From Phaeosaccion multiseriatum (Eukaryota > Protista > Ochrophyta, other classes): DNA of 64,000 bases. Below, piece after piece: positions 1 through 11,749 of this stretch (positions are counted from its first letter, which is position 1; the number at the start of each line of letters is the position of its first letter). The notes beneath the pieces were generated by a model. The model saw only the letters and a list, made by a program, of their open reading frames with translations. It was not told the DNA's origin and ran no database searches. Position numbers and translations under genes: made by a program. The stretch spans positions 496,001 through 560,000 of the forward strand of contig OZ218959.1 of NCBI GenBank assembly GCA_965112735.1, written 5' to 3'.

Positions 1-1387
1 CGCCCTCGTCCATGGAAGGATGAGCCTGAGCTTGCCCTGCTTCCCCCTTCGCCGGAGCCACCGAGGGCGGCGGGTGCCCCTGTCCCTGTCCCTCCTCCTG
101 CCCCTTCCCCTGTCCTTGTCCTTCTGTCCCCACGAGGTTCAATCCCCTGAGCTGCTCCGGCTCGGAGGCCGCGGTGGAGGCGGCGGCGGCCCTTGCCTTC
201 TCCTTCAGTGCCTTCTCCTTCAGTGCCAGCTGCAGCCAAGAGAGAGGGGGGGCATGCAGTCATTCAGGCATTCAGTCCCGGGAAGGGGAGGGAAAAGCGG
301 TCAGTTGGGATGGTAGCTCATAGTTGAGCTTCAGAGCTTCAGCTGTGAGGGGTTGGATGGAGAGATTAGATTGTCTTCTTGCTTTCGGTCAAGTTCACAC
401 CCTCCCTCCCTCTCTCCTTCCTCCCTTCCCCCACTCCCTCCCTCCCTCCCTCCCTCCCCCTCTCCCCCTCTCCCTCACTCCCTCCCTCTCTCCCTCCCCC
501 CCGGCTCCCCACTCACCTCCTTCGCAGCCGCCTTGGCCGCCGCCAACACCCCCCCTCCGTCCCCTGGCACGTGTGGCGCGTGGTCCCTGAACCATCGCTT
601 GCGGGCGGACGAGTTCCAGCGGTTCTTGACGGAATTCTCGGTGCGCCCCTGCAGCAGCTTGGCGATGTCACACCAGCGGTTTCCGAACACTTGTTGCGCC
701 TCGAACACGATCTGCAGACAGATACACACACGACAGGCGCAGAGTAAGGGCAGGGTAAGGGGCCGGGGGGGGGGGGTTGGTGGTACAGGAGGGGGGCAAA
801 GGGTATTTATTACTTGCGCGTAGGAGTCGGTGCGGACACAGTCCACTCACTCCCTCACTACCCCACCCGTTTCCGCGCTGTGTTGTGCACCAAGGAGGAG
901 CTGTGGTTGGCTTGGTTGGATTATCTATTTGCCCTCTTACTTCTTATCCTCCCCTCCCCTCCCCTCCCCTCCCCTCCCCTCCCCTCTCTTCCCCTCCGCA
1001 CCGACCTTGTCCTCCTCCGGCCCCCACTCGCCCCTCTTGATGGCCGGGTCGAGGTGATTAAACCAGCGCTCCCTACATTGCTTGCCGATCCTTCCGGGCA
1101 GCTTTGAGGCTATCTCGCTCCAGCGCACCCCCGCCACCCCCTTGAGGCGCACCTCCTCCCTCACCACCTCGTCCTCGGCACCGGTCCAGGGGCCCTTGTG
1201 TAAGCCGGGCTTGAGAACCTGTGGGGGAGGGGAGAGAGAGAGGTGGGTGGAGGGGTTTAACAGATGTGTGAAGGTTTCTTTAAAGGTTTATATTATACTT
1301 CGATGTAGTATGATGAAAGGTTTGTCTTGCCCGCTTTCTGTTATGGTATGCGATGTGCCAGGGAAAAGTGGAGAAAAGAGAGAGAGA

Positions 1388-1418
<31 letters not shown>

Positions 1419-2352
1419 CTTCTCTTTTCTCCACACCCATTCATTCCTCATCTCAGCGCAGAGCAGAGCAGAGTAGAGAGAATAGAAAGAGGCAGAGAGA
1501 GGGCAGAGCAGAGGGGGACACATAAAGAAGTGCAGAGAGGGGCAGAGAAAGGGCAAAGCAGAGAGGGGCAGACAGAAGAGAAGAGAGAAGAGAGGGACAG
1601 AGGGGCAGACAGAAGAGCAGAGGGGGGGCTGCTCTGGACCTCCCTCCCCCCCTCCCTCCCCACCAACTGACCTACCTTGTTCCATCTGTGCAGACACTGC
1701 ACATCACTGCGCGTGTGTCCCAGCTGCTCCGCGATGCTCTTCCAATTCTTGGGCCCCATCCTTTCGACAATGTCGCGCAGCTGTTGGTCCTCCTCAGGGC
1801 CCCACTTGCCCCCGGTGGGCTGCTTGCGGGGGTTCCGCGGTTTGATGGCTGCGATCATCAAGGCCGCCGCGTCTGCCACTCCCGTTGGTGCTCCCACCGC
1901 CCCCCCCACCCCCCCGTTCGAGCCATCTGTGGTCCTGACACCCCCTCCCTCGCCCGTTCCGTTGCTGGCTGCTTGAGCTTGGGCCTCTGCTGCTCTTAGC
2001 CTCTGGAGGTAGTCGGCCTGCCTTTCCCTCATCAGGCGCTCTTCTTCCGGGTTGATTGAAACCACAGGCGCCGGCGCTGCTGATTTCGCTACTGCTGCTG
2101 CTGGTGCTGCTGTATCACCAGCTGCTGCTACTACTGCTGCTGCTGGTGGTGCTGGTGCTGGTGCTACTACTGCTGCTGCTGGTGGTGCTGGTGCTGGTGC
2201 TGCTGGTGCTGGTGCTGGTGGTGGTGCTACAGGTCCTGAGTTGATGACCAGCTGCTCGGGTACGGGGAGAGGGGAGGGCGCCCATGGAGAAGCGGGAGTG
2301 ACAGTGCCCTCGGCAGAGGGAGCGTGGACCTCGGCCACGGCCTGCTTCTCTC

Positions 2353-2388
<36 letters not shown>

Positions 2389-3259
2389 CCTGCAACTGCT
2401 CATCTCTGGCCTGACCTTCCCCGAGGGGTCCGCCCTCGCTCATGTGCACATCCTCCCCCTGCTTGCAGACGTCCAGGGGGGCAGGATAAGGGGGGCAGGC
2501 CGCCCGTGTATCACTGACTGTTGCTGTTACTGCTGCTACTGCTACCCCCTCCTCTATTGAAGGCCCTTGACGCTGAGCTGCCTCGCGTGCTTCTCTTTCT
2601 GGAGTTGCTGGGACGGTTGGGGATGGGAGTGGGCATGCCGTGGCCATGCCGTGGTGGGCAGGGTGAGGGGGGCAGGCCACCCCTGTTTCAGTAACTGCTG
2701 CTGCTGCTGCTGCTGCTGCTGCCGCTACTGCTACCCCCCCCTCCTCTATTGAAGGCCCTTGATGCGGAGGTGCCGTGCTTGCTTCTCTTTCTGGCGTTGC
2801 TGGGACCGCTGGGGATGGGAGTGGGGATGCCGTAGCCACGCCGCCCTCGTCAATGATCCTGGGTCGAGGCGGCAGTATAATCGCTCCATGCCGACTTCTA
2901 TTCTCCTCCCCTCCTTCCCTTGCCTCACCCACCACCGCGTCCCTGCCACATCCATCGGCCTCTCCCACCGCCGCGTCCGCCACAGGCGCCACAGGCGCAA
3001 TGGATGACTCCGCTCTCCCTCCGCCCCCCCCTGGCATCAAGGCACTGAGGAAGTCTCTCTGCCTGGAAGTCAGCTTCTTCTCCCTCCCCCGCTCTCCGTC
3101 AAAGCCCTGGGCCCTGGCAGTGGCCGGCGACACGCGGTTGTCGCTCTTCTTCATCACGTGAAGCAGGTACGGCGACACCAGCTCCGTCTGGGACGGGGAA
3201 GACGGCATGCCTCTCTTGGGCAGCGGGCGTCTGGGGGGGGGGGTGGGGGATGGATCCAT
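1..3259 (-). CDS. R1R2R3 (3R)-MYB transcription factor, 3' end outside the window; exons 3259-1676, 1218-1006, 711-517, 229-<1
   Basis: Three tandem Myb repeats are joined by GT-AG introns: KWGPEEDQQL..WKSIAEQL..RSDVQCLHRWNK|VLKPGLHKGPWTGAEDEVV..WSEIASKLPGRIGKQCRERWFNHLDPAIKRGEWGPEEDK|IVFEAQQVFGNRWCDIAKLLQGRTENSVKNRWNS. The N-terminus is long and low-complexity; the start codon is uncertain. Confidence 0.9.
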
Positions 3260-3558
3260 ACATCCGGTGAGACGAATCAGCTGCCTCTTTCCTCCTCTCT
3301 CCCTCTTAATGCCTCGAGCCTTGAGTCCCCGCCTTTCTGGTTACTTTCCCTCCTTCCTCTGTACAACTTTTACCTGGGAGAAGGCGTCATAGACGCCCTT
3401 GCCGCCCTAAATGTACCCCTGAGCTCGTAGTAAAGTGGGGGGCGGTTGGCGTCCCCAAGGCACTGAAACTGAAACCGAAAACGGAGGTTGTGGGCCGCCA
3501 CGATCTTCATTTTCCGGGCTACAAGGATGTAGATGGGGCCATTCCCACCTTAAACCAC

Positions 3559-6500
3559 ATGGAGGACCTACAGGACGACGTGCTCCTGCGGCGGGCGGAA
3601 AACTGCAGGTCGGTGGGGGATGGAGTAAGGAGTTCGGGGGAAAAGAAAGATGGCAAGGGGGATTGGGGAGAAAGTTCGAACTCTTGCCCCGCTGCAGCTG
3701 CTGTCGCTGCGTGAGCCAGGGACATGTGGAAAGTAGGAGGTCTTGAGAGTGTGGCCGAGGAAGGAGTGAGCGGGGGCCATTACTCTGTTGGTGTCATTTG
3801 CCTGCATCGTGTTCTCGCCTTCCAGGACCCAACTATTATGTACTGTCTCCTCTTCGGGTCTTTCTTTTCCTATGCTATGGCCTTTCTTGAGCACGCCACC
3901 GCATGGGGAGGTGCTCTCCTTTGGCTTCGTCTGGTTTCGCCCCCCCTGCCCCCCCCCCCTGTGCTGCACGCCAGCCGTCTTCCCGTTTGTTGCTCCTCCT
4001 CCTGCTCCTCCTGCTCGTCACTCCTTTCGGCCCCAAGCCATGCACATCCTGCTCTTCAACTGCTCTGCGCCTGCATCTGAACTTGCACCTGCTGCTGCAT
4101 GTCATGCATGTGGACATCCTCCTTCTCCCCGACAGGTGGCGGTCATGGAGTATAGAGCACAGCTTGAGCGAGTTGGGGGGACACCCCTCCGAACCAAGCG
4201 CCAGCCTCAGTCCGACGGACACTTTGCCAGGCTCCAACAGCACGAGCAGAGGGAATAGCCTCAGCGGGGGGGTCGTGTGGCAGTCCAAAGCGTGGGAGGA
4301 CTTCCATCAGTCCTTCCTGGCCAACCTGCACCAGAATGGATACGTGTTTGATGCTCCTGTGGGAGGAAGCGGAAGCGGAAGCGGAAGCGCCGCTCCTCGG
4401 ATGAGCAGACACTGCAGCGGCGCCGGAAGCAGCATCGGGACTGTGAGTAGTGCCGAAAGCGCGGGTTGGCACTCCGCACCGAACACAACCCCGCGAAGCG
4501 CAGAGAATGGCGGCGCGTTTTTCCCTGTGGAAGACGGCCCAGAGGAGCAGCCGCAGCAGCCGCAGCAGCGGCAGCAGCAGCAGCACGCGCGAGAGCTCGA
4601 GGCGGCAGTAGTCGGAGCCATCCTGACCCCAGCCGAGCAAGCAGGAGCAGAGCGGGCAGGGCGTAGAGAGCGTGCAGATGCAGAACAGCTGGAGATTGAG
4701 AATGCTGCTGCAGAGAGAGCGAAAGAAGAGACAACGAGGAGAAAGTCGTCCGCGGGAGAGAGGAGGACGCAGGGCGGACATGTAGTACGCTCTCCCCCGT
4801 CTCCCAGCACGGTGGCCAAGTTCTTTTCCACAAAGTCTCAGGGGGTGGGGATGGATGTGCTTCTCCGCAAGTTCTTTACAGAGAGTCACAACCGCAAGCA
4901 AACCAAGGTGGACAACACCAGCTCCTTCCTCGGCGAGGAGTTGAGTAACTACAGGGGCAGCGCTTTCAGCTCTCTGCAGCAGGGCACGCCCCCGGGCACC
5001 TCCGTCACAGGGGCGAGCTTTGCCTTTGGCGTCGGTCGGGGAGGTGGAGGGGCGTCTGTGGGGGGGGCTGCCTCTGCTGGGGGGGGGTCAGGGACAGCAG
5101 CAGGGGTGGGATCGGGGACAGGCTCCGTCGTGAGCTTTGCGTCGGCCAAGACTGCGTGGTTGCAGGCGACCCCCCCCCCCATCCGCAGCACCAGCGCCAC
5201 ACACATCCCCAGGACCATACAGGAGGTGCCAGGGACTGGTGAGCTCGACCGGAGCATCACCAGTCGAGAGCAGGGAGGGGAGGAAGGAGCGGGGGCGGGG
5301 GCGGGGGCGGAGGCGCCGAGGGCTCCTGCTAGGAAGCCTGTCGTGTCTGTACGCAGAGGGGGCGAGGCAGCGTTGCTTCCTCTCCGACACGCCAAGACGT
5401 GGGCAGGCACTGATCGGGAATGGATTCTCCCGGCGGTGCTGGCCGGATGCCCCATGAGCGTGGTGACGGCACATGAGGAGATTGGGTCGGCAGCAGCGAA
5501 GAGGCAAAGCACGAGTCAGCGGGAATGCGCATGCCGGCATGGGGGGACGTGCGTGTCGCCGAGGCGGGGAGAGGGACGAGGCGGTGGGCTTGGTTTGGTC
5601 AAGACAGCCTGCAGGGCGGCGCATGACTTGGGAATGTTCCTAGTGCGTAGTGGGGAGCCGCAGGATGCACATGGCCCCTGGGCAGAGCGGCGGCTCGTCC
5701 TCTACCTCAACTACCTGTTGGAGTACACACCCCCTCCCGCTGGAGAAGAGGCAGCGGCAGAGGCAGGAAAAGGGCCGGGGGTTATCGACTCGGACAGCAG
5801 CGAACAGCAGGCAGGCAGGGGAAGCGCACGGGGAAGGAGCAGCAGCACCAACAGCTTCTTCCATGCGACTGCAGGGTTCTCGACCTCCCGCAAGCAGCCG
5901 CCGGAGCTGTCGCCGGCAGCGACCAAGCCAATCGGCTTCGCGAACCTCGACTCGATGCAGGCTTGTGTGATGGAGCGTGCGGCAGACGGCGCTGGCGAAG
6001 AGGGTAGCTGCGTCGTGGTGGAGCTCAGCGTGCTCAAGACCTCGAGGACAAAGGGCCCACGGATGCGGCTGCAGGTGCGTGCGTGGGTGCGTGCGTTGGG
6101 GGTCTGAATCGCTTCGTAGTGTGCGTACGTATCTCCTCCATGCTGCTGAGAGGGAGTGCTGCTCATGTGCTGTCCTTGTATTAATTTGTGTTGTGTTGTT
6201 GTTGTCTTTGTTGTCTCTCTCCGCCTGAACCGGACCTACTAACATTTCCCCTCGGGTTGTTGCACTCCCCCCCTCCCCTCAGCTCCAAAGTCTTCGGAGC
6301 AGCACTGACACCACGGACCCTTCGCAAGACAAAGACCCCTTCAACACCGCGGAAGACCTCGTGCAGCGCCTGCAGGAGGCGGCAGAGCTCTCTATCGCGA
6401 GTTTGTATGACCTTGGGGGGGGGGGAGGCAGTCAAGGGCAGGCGGAGGAGCTGGGAAGGGGGAGGTTCACGAAGGTTAAGAAGGGGAGGAGGAGGACGAG

Positions 6501-8296
6501 GGACGGCGCTCCGGGGCAGCCGTGCGCACTCAAGATTGTGGACAAGAGGCTGTTCTTTCAGAATGTTAAGGACGGGAGGGAGCGGGTGGACAACCTCGTG
6601 AGGGAGGTGCAAGCTCAAGCCATTCTCACTGCGGCAGCTCCGTCGAGTCGTTCGGCTGCGAATCGTCGGCGCTGGCGGAGTGCCGGCAGCAGCGACGTGC
6701 ACAAGAGAAGAAGGGGGGGCACGAGGAGGGGCAGCAGTAGCAACAGCAGCAGCAGCAGAAAGGGCTCCCTGGTGTCGGGCGCGGGTATGGGAGGGGAAGA
6801 CTGCAAGGAAGAGTGGGGTGGGAAGGACGGGGCGGAGGAAGGGGAGGGACAAGATGGAGAGGAGCAGCAGCAGCAGGAGGAGGAGGAGGAGGAGGAGGAG
6901 GAGGAGGAGGAGGAGGGGGAGGACGACTTGACTGTATGCCGTGTGGTGAAGCTGCTTGGAGTGTTCGAGACTACCAACCACCTTGTGCTCGAAATGGAGC
7001 TCATGTCGAGCTCGGATCTTTTCGACAAGCTCTCCACCTTTGGGAGGATCGACGAGACGGCCGCGGCGAGGCTGGTATACAATTTGCTCTTGGTAAGTCA
7101 GTCAGTGAGTGAGTGAGTGAGTGAGTGAGTGAGTGAGTGAGGCGCTCTTCCCCCCACACAGAAGCAAACTCTTTGCCTACTGCTCAGTCAGTGCTGCTGC
7201 CTCACTCCCGCTGACATCTTTTCCCTCTTTTATGTTCTTTGTTCTGGTGGGCCCGTCGTCCTCCATATATACACACACTCACACACTCTCACACACACAC
7301 GCACACACTCACACACTCACACACACACTCACACACACACTCACTCACTCACTCACTGACTCACAGGCCATCGAATATTGCCACAGCAATGGTATCGTGC
7401 ACCGCGACCTCAAGCTCAGTAACATTATTTATCCCGAGGTGCAACCTCGCCAGGGAGGGGGTGGAGCAACAAGTACAAGTAGACAAGCACCGGGGAAGGA
7501 CGGGCTCGGAGGCGGCATCCGAGAGGGGGAGGAGGACGAGTGGCAAGTGGGAGGGGGTGAGAGCGACAGTGATGATAGCGATGACAGCGATCTTGGCTTC
7601 GAGCTGGCTCCTACCGGGACGGGGGCGGTGGGAGGAGGAAGCGAGGGGGGCGGGGGGGAGGGGGAAAGGAGAGGGGGGAGTGGGGCTCCGGAGTGGGATA
7701 TTCGCCTCGCAGACTTTGGGATGGCGGGCTTTATCGACAAGGGCGGCTCGCTGAGGGGGAGGTGCGGGACTCCGGGCTATGTCGCCCCGGAAATCCTTCG
7801 CGGGGCTCGGATGGAGGCGTATGGGTACAATGTCGACACCTTTTCGGTGGGAGTGATTTCCTACACGATTCTGTGCGGCTATGAGCCGTTTTACGGAGCC
7901 GACGAGCAGGAGCTGGTCGCTGCGAATCGAGCTGTGGAGTATGAGTTTCACATGCCCGAGTGGGAAGGAGTGAGCGCGACGGCCAAGGACTTGATTGAGA
8001 AGCTGCTCAGTGCGGACCAGGCCTCCAGACCGACCGCCGCCGAGGCCCGCAAGCACACCTGGCTGGAGAAGCCGCACCAAGACTACCAGGCCGCGCTCAG
8101 AAGACAGGGAAAGGGGAAGGGAGGAGAGGGAGAGAGAGCAGGAGGGGAAAGGGGAGGGGGAGGGGGAGGGGGAGGGGGAGGGGGAGGGAACGGCGCTGAG
8201 TCGACATTGACGGCGGGCAGAGAGGCCCGCCAAGTGGCAGCGAGCGCCGAACGCGCCGAAGAGCAACCTCCGACTGGCACCTGCCTCATTTGCTAA
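3559..8296 (+). CDS. CAMK-group Ser/Thr protein kinase with a large N-terminal region (putative PH-like domain) and C-terminal CaaX; firm exons ~4136-6074, 6283-7092, 7367-8296; 5' exons uncertain
   Basis: Kinase motifs ELGRGRF, CALKIVDK, LVREV, HRDLKLSN, LADFG, GTPGYVAPEIL, DTFSVGVISYTILCGYEPF and RPTA lie across phase-consistent GT-AG introns (6075-6282, 7093-7366). The protein ends TCLIC*. Confidence 0.88.
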
Positions 8297-9032
8297 GGGG
8301 GGGGGGGGGGGTAGAAACAGCAAAGAGAGCGCAGAGCGGGTCGGAGCCTTGCGATGACGTCGGCGGTTACACAAGGAAGGAGGGGGGGGCAGGGGAAGGA
8401 AGAAGGGAAAGGGGACACTTGGGTCCACGAAGGTCGTTACGGAAAATCGTTACTGACGCTTATAATGAGGCTCAGTCATACGCCTGGGACGGACGGGCAC
8501 GGGCAGCCGGGGAAGGCTGATGATGCGGCACGAGGAAGTAACTGCCACTTGCTCGGACGAATCGACGGAAGAACCCTGTATATATAACAGGAGGCGATGG
8601 GCCTACTGCTTTGTTGAAGAGGAGGGGGTGGCTAACGCCTCCTACACACTCTGTTCACTATACGCACAGTACGTCCATGGTAGTTAGTCGACCAACAGGC
8701 CCTTATGTAAAAATTGAGCTCAATTTGAGCTTGATGTGTTTCGTTCTACGCCCACACAAGTTGGTGCTTCACCTGGAGACGCCAGATGTCTTGTGTTTTG
8801 TATGTGTGTCTCTCTCTCTGGGTACCGTGCCGTGCCCCTGTTGCCTGACCCCCCTCAGCAGCTGTCCACCTCGTTCCAAGGTTGTCCTTTCTGCTTCTGC
8901 AACTCCCACTCCCGCTTCTGACCTGGATGGAAACGTACACTCTAGACTTCTTCGACCCCCAATGCCGAACCCATCGACCCATACGCCTACACAGACACAC
9001 GTCCAACGTCGCTGTACATTGTTTTAAATTAA

Positions 9033-9199
9033 TGAGACACTCTCGTACTCGATTTTTTTTTGAGACACTCCCGTACTACATTGTTTTAATGAGACACTCC
9101 CGTACTACATTGTTTTAATGAGACACTCCCGTACTACATTGTTTTAATGAGACACTCCCGTACTACATTGTTTTAATGAGACACTCCTGTACTACATTG
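9033..9199. repeat. 29-bp tandem minisatellite (TGAGACACTCCCGTACTACATTGTTTTAA): 4 full copies, 1 partial and 1 degenerate
   Basis: Units start at 9061, 9090, 9119, 9148 and 9177, with a degenerate unit at 9033. There are no spacers. The array abuts the stop codon of the Angel gene. Confidence 0.95.
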
Positions 9200-9802
9200 C
9201 TACATGAAAGCGAAGCGTCCCGCCAACAGCAAGTGGTCGCTGGGCTCCTTGACGGAGGGAAGCCCCCTATGCCTCGCCAGCTCGTGGAAGAGGGGCATTT
9301 CCACCACTCCCACGCAGCGCAGGGTGGGCTGTTGGGCGGCTTCACTGCCGCTGCTGCCTGCCCCTGTGTCTGTGTCTGTGTCTGTAGCTGTGTGTGAATC
9401 GCGACTTGAGTACCATATGTAGTCCACAGTCCCTCGGAAATGGTCGTGGAAGGTCGTGCAGGCGGGCTCGCCGGTGGTCGAGTGGTCCGGCTGCTGTGAA
9501 TACGCGCTCCTCAGCTGCAGCCCGTGCTGTATCCACTCCAGGGGGGCGGAGCATACCTCCTCAGTGCTCGTCCCACCCACCTTCCGCCACAGCACTGGTG
9601 GGAGCTGCTCTTCTTGGCCCTGCTCTTCTTGTCTTTGGTCTTGGCCCTGCATCACAAATGGCACGGGAGGGGGACTCGCAGTCCGAGGAGGAGTGGGGGG
9701 AAGAGGACAAGAGGAGGGGGGCGAGTACCGAACGTTCCACTTGGAGCAGCGCGGCTCGGGGTCCATCACCACGTGTCCGTTCCCTCCTCCTCCTCCTCCT
9801 CC

Positions 9803-9848
<46 letters not shown>

Positions 9849-11345
9849 GAATGACAATCCGGGCAGGCTTTCCAGAGGTGGTAGGCCTCACTCTCCACTC
9901 GTCCCCGTGCGGCTGTGGGGCTCCTCGCAGGAGCTCCGTCGCCACGAAACACGCCGTTACTCGAGCCGCTGCCCTGATGCCTCTCCAAAGGACTGCGCAC
10001 ATTCCTGCTGGCGCCCCAGGCGGTCCGCACCCGCTGCCCGGTGAGATGAGAGCGATGCAGTCCCGCCCCCCTCGCGCCCGCCCCCACGCGCAGCTCGCCG
10101 GTGCGTAGGAAAGAGTACAGCGCACTGCACGGGGTTAGATTGAAATCCCCGCAGAGAAGCACAGGCACGGGCGCGCCCCCTGCTGCTGCTGCTGCTGTAT
10201 CACCAACTGCTGCTGCTGCTGCTGCTGCTCCGGTCGAGGCCTGGCCCTGCACCTGCTCAATGGCGCTCAGCAGCAGCTGTAGCTGTGCCGTTTTCACGTC
10301 GCCCCTCTTGTTGTTGTACAGCAAGTGCGTGTTGGCCACCACCACCTTCTCTGCCGCCCCGGCCGTGCCCACGCCCACCGTCTCAAGCACACAGACTTGC
10401 CCCACGTTGGGCCGGTCCAAAGTGGCATGCCCCGCCCGAAAGAAAGGCACCTCAACCTCCCGCAGCACTCTAAAAGCTTTCTTCTTTACGAACATGGCGC
10501 ATCCGTCGAGCTTCTCGCCGCTTCTCTGCAGGAAGGTGGCCGTGTAGCCGTTCTGTCTCATACGGGGCTCGAAGAAGGAGTCGAAGTACTGGCGATCCAC
10601 TTCCTGGCAGCACACGACATCTGGGTCATAGCGTAGTAGCATGGCCAGCAGTCGCGCCTTGCGCACGCTCCAGTCGATCACGTCGCGTCGGTTAGCATAC
10701 GGCATGAACGAGAAGTCCAAGTTGCACTCGGCCAGCAAGTTGTAGGTCACTTGTCATAAAAATTTGTAATTGACAGCAACGAGGCAGCACGAAAGCAGCC
10801 GAGTTGAGTATATCGATAGTTAAGAGGCTTCGCAGGTAGAACAGTGCTGGAGGGTGACAAGGAGTTCATGTTTTCCCGGCGAGAAGGTGGGGCGAAGTCA
10901 ATGCACAGAGTTCAGTCAAAGAGGCCAACATGCCCTTACCTACGGTGAAGGTATCACCAGCCTCCCCGTGGTGCTGTGTGTACATGGTCCAAGGTCTATA
11001 ATCAGCAGGAGGGGCTGCCACCGCGGCTGCTTCCCGATCGGTCGCTCGGCGCTTTCTCTGCTGAGGGTTGTGGTGGTGTGCTCGTGCCCTCCCTCCGCCT
11101 TCCCCTCCCCCCCTTGCTCCTGTTCCAAATCCATGTCCTCTCCCGCGTCCTCTTTGTCCCCCTCCTCCGCGTCCTCTCTGTTCCCCTTCTCCACATCCTC
11201 CGCGTCCTCCGCGTCCTCGTCGTCCACCGCCTCCTCCGCCTCTTTGTCCGCCTCCTCCGCCTCTTTGTCCACCTCTCCCGCCCCTTCCTCTGCCTTCAAA
11301 CAAGGAGGTTTGAGCCCACGCGGAGGGGGGGGACTGTCTGGCCAT
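9200..11345 (-). CDS. Angel/CCR4-like EEP (exonuclease-endonuclease-phosphatase) family protein with an RGG-rich N-terminus; exons 11345-10940, 10749-9200
   Basis: Splicing gives DTFTV-V-TYNLLAE. Motifs: DVVCCQEVD, DGCAMF, LDRPNVGQV, VANTHLLYNNKRGDVK (Angel-subfamily-like), LCGDFN, TVDYIWY, PSDH. Confidence 0.9.
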
Positions 11346-11378
11346 TGGGGCCGATGAGCGATGATTCTTGATTTTATG

Positions 11379-11402
11379 TTACACCCTTAAGTGCCATCTA
11401 TG
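11379..11402 (+). repeat. Left arm of a perfect 24-bp inverted repeat (TTACACCCTTAAGTGCCATCTATG) flanking the recombinase gene
   Basis: Exact reverse complement of 14498-14521. Confidence 0.95.
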
Positions 11403-11749
11403 GTCGAGGTTGGGTGGGGGTGTTGGTGATTCGGATCGATATACAGTACTGTCCACGCCACATCCTCTCCTATTTGTTATAGCGCTCGTCTCTCTCTCAC
11501 CCTTTCTAAGGTGATTCGTCTTAAGTCAATATATGGTTTCCCTCCCGATCGTCCATTGTCCAGAGGAGGAAGAAGCAAAAGTGATGTTAATGTGTATCGC
11601 TTCTCCCTCGCGCCGGTGGGAGAGAACAATTGCAATGAAGTCTGTACAAGCACAAGAAAGTATTCTATAGCCTCCCAACTGTTCCCATCGTTGCCAGGGT
11701 CTTCAATCTTCAGGCATGACCAGCTCACTGGTCCTTCCCTCCGAGCTTC

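Noticed and set aside
3720-4180. PX domain at the kinase N-terminus (IMYCLLFG..WSIEHSLSEL)
   Set aside because: Only a faint resemblance, and it depends on unverified splice choices.
8611-9027. 138-aa ORF between the kinase and Angel genes
   Set aside because: Non-ATG start, no recognisable motif, and it lies in a convergent 3' UTR region.
9033-9199. CRISPR array (29-bp repeats)
   Set aside because: Repeats are head-to-tail with no unique spacers, there are no cas genes, and the context is eukaryotic.
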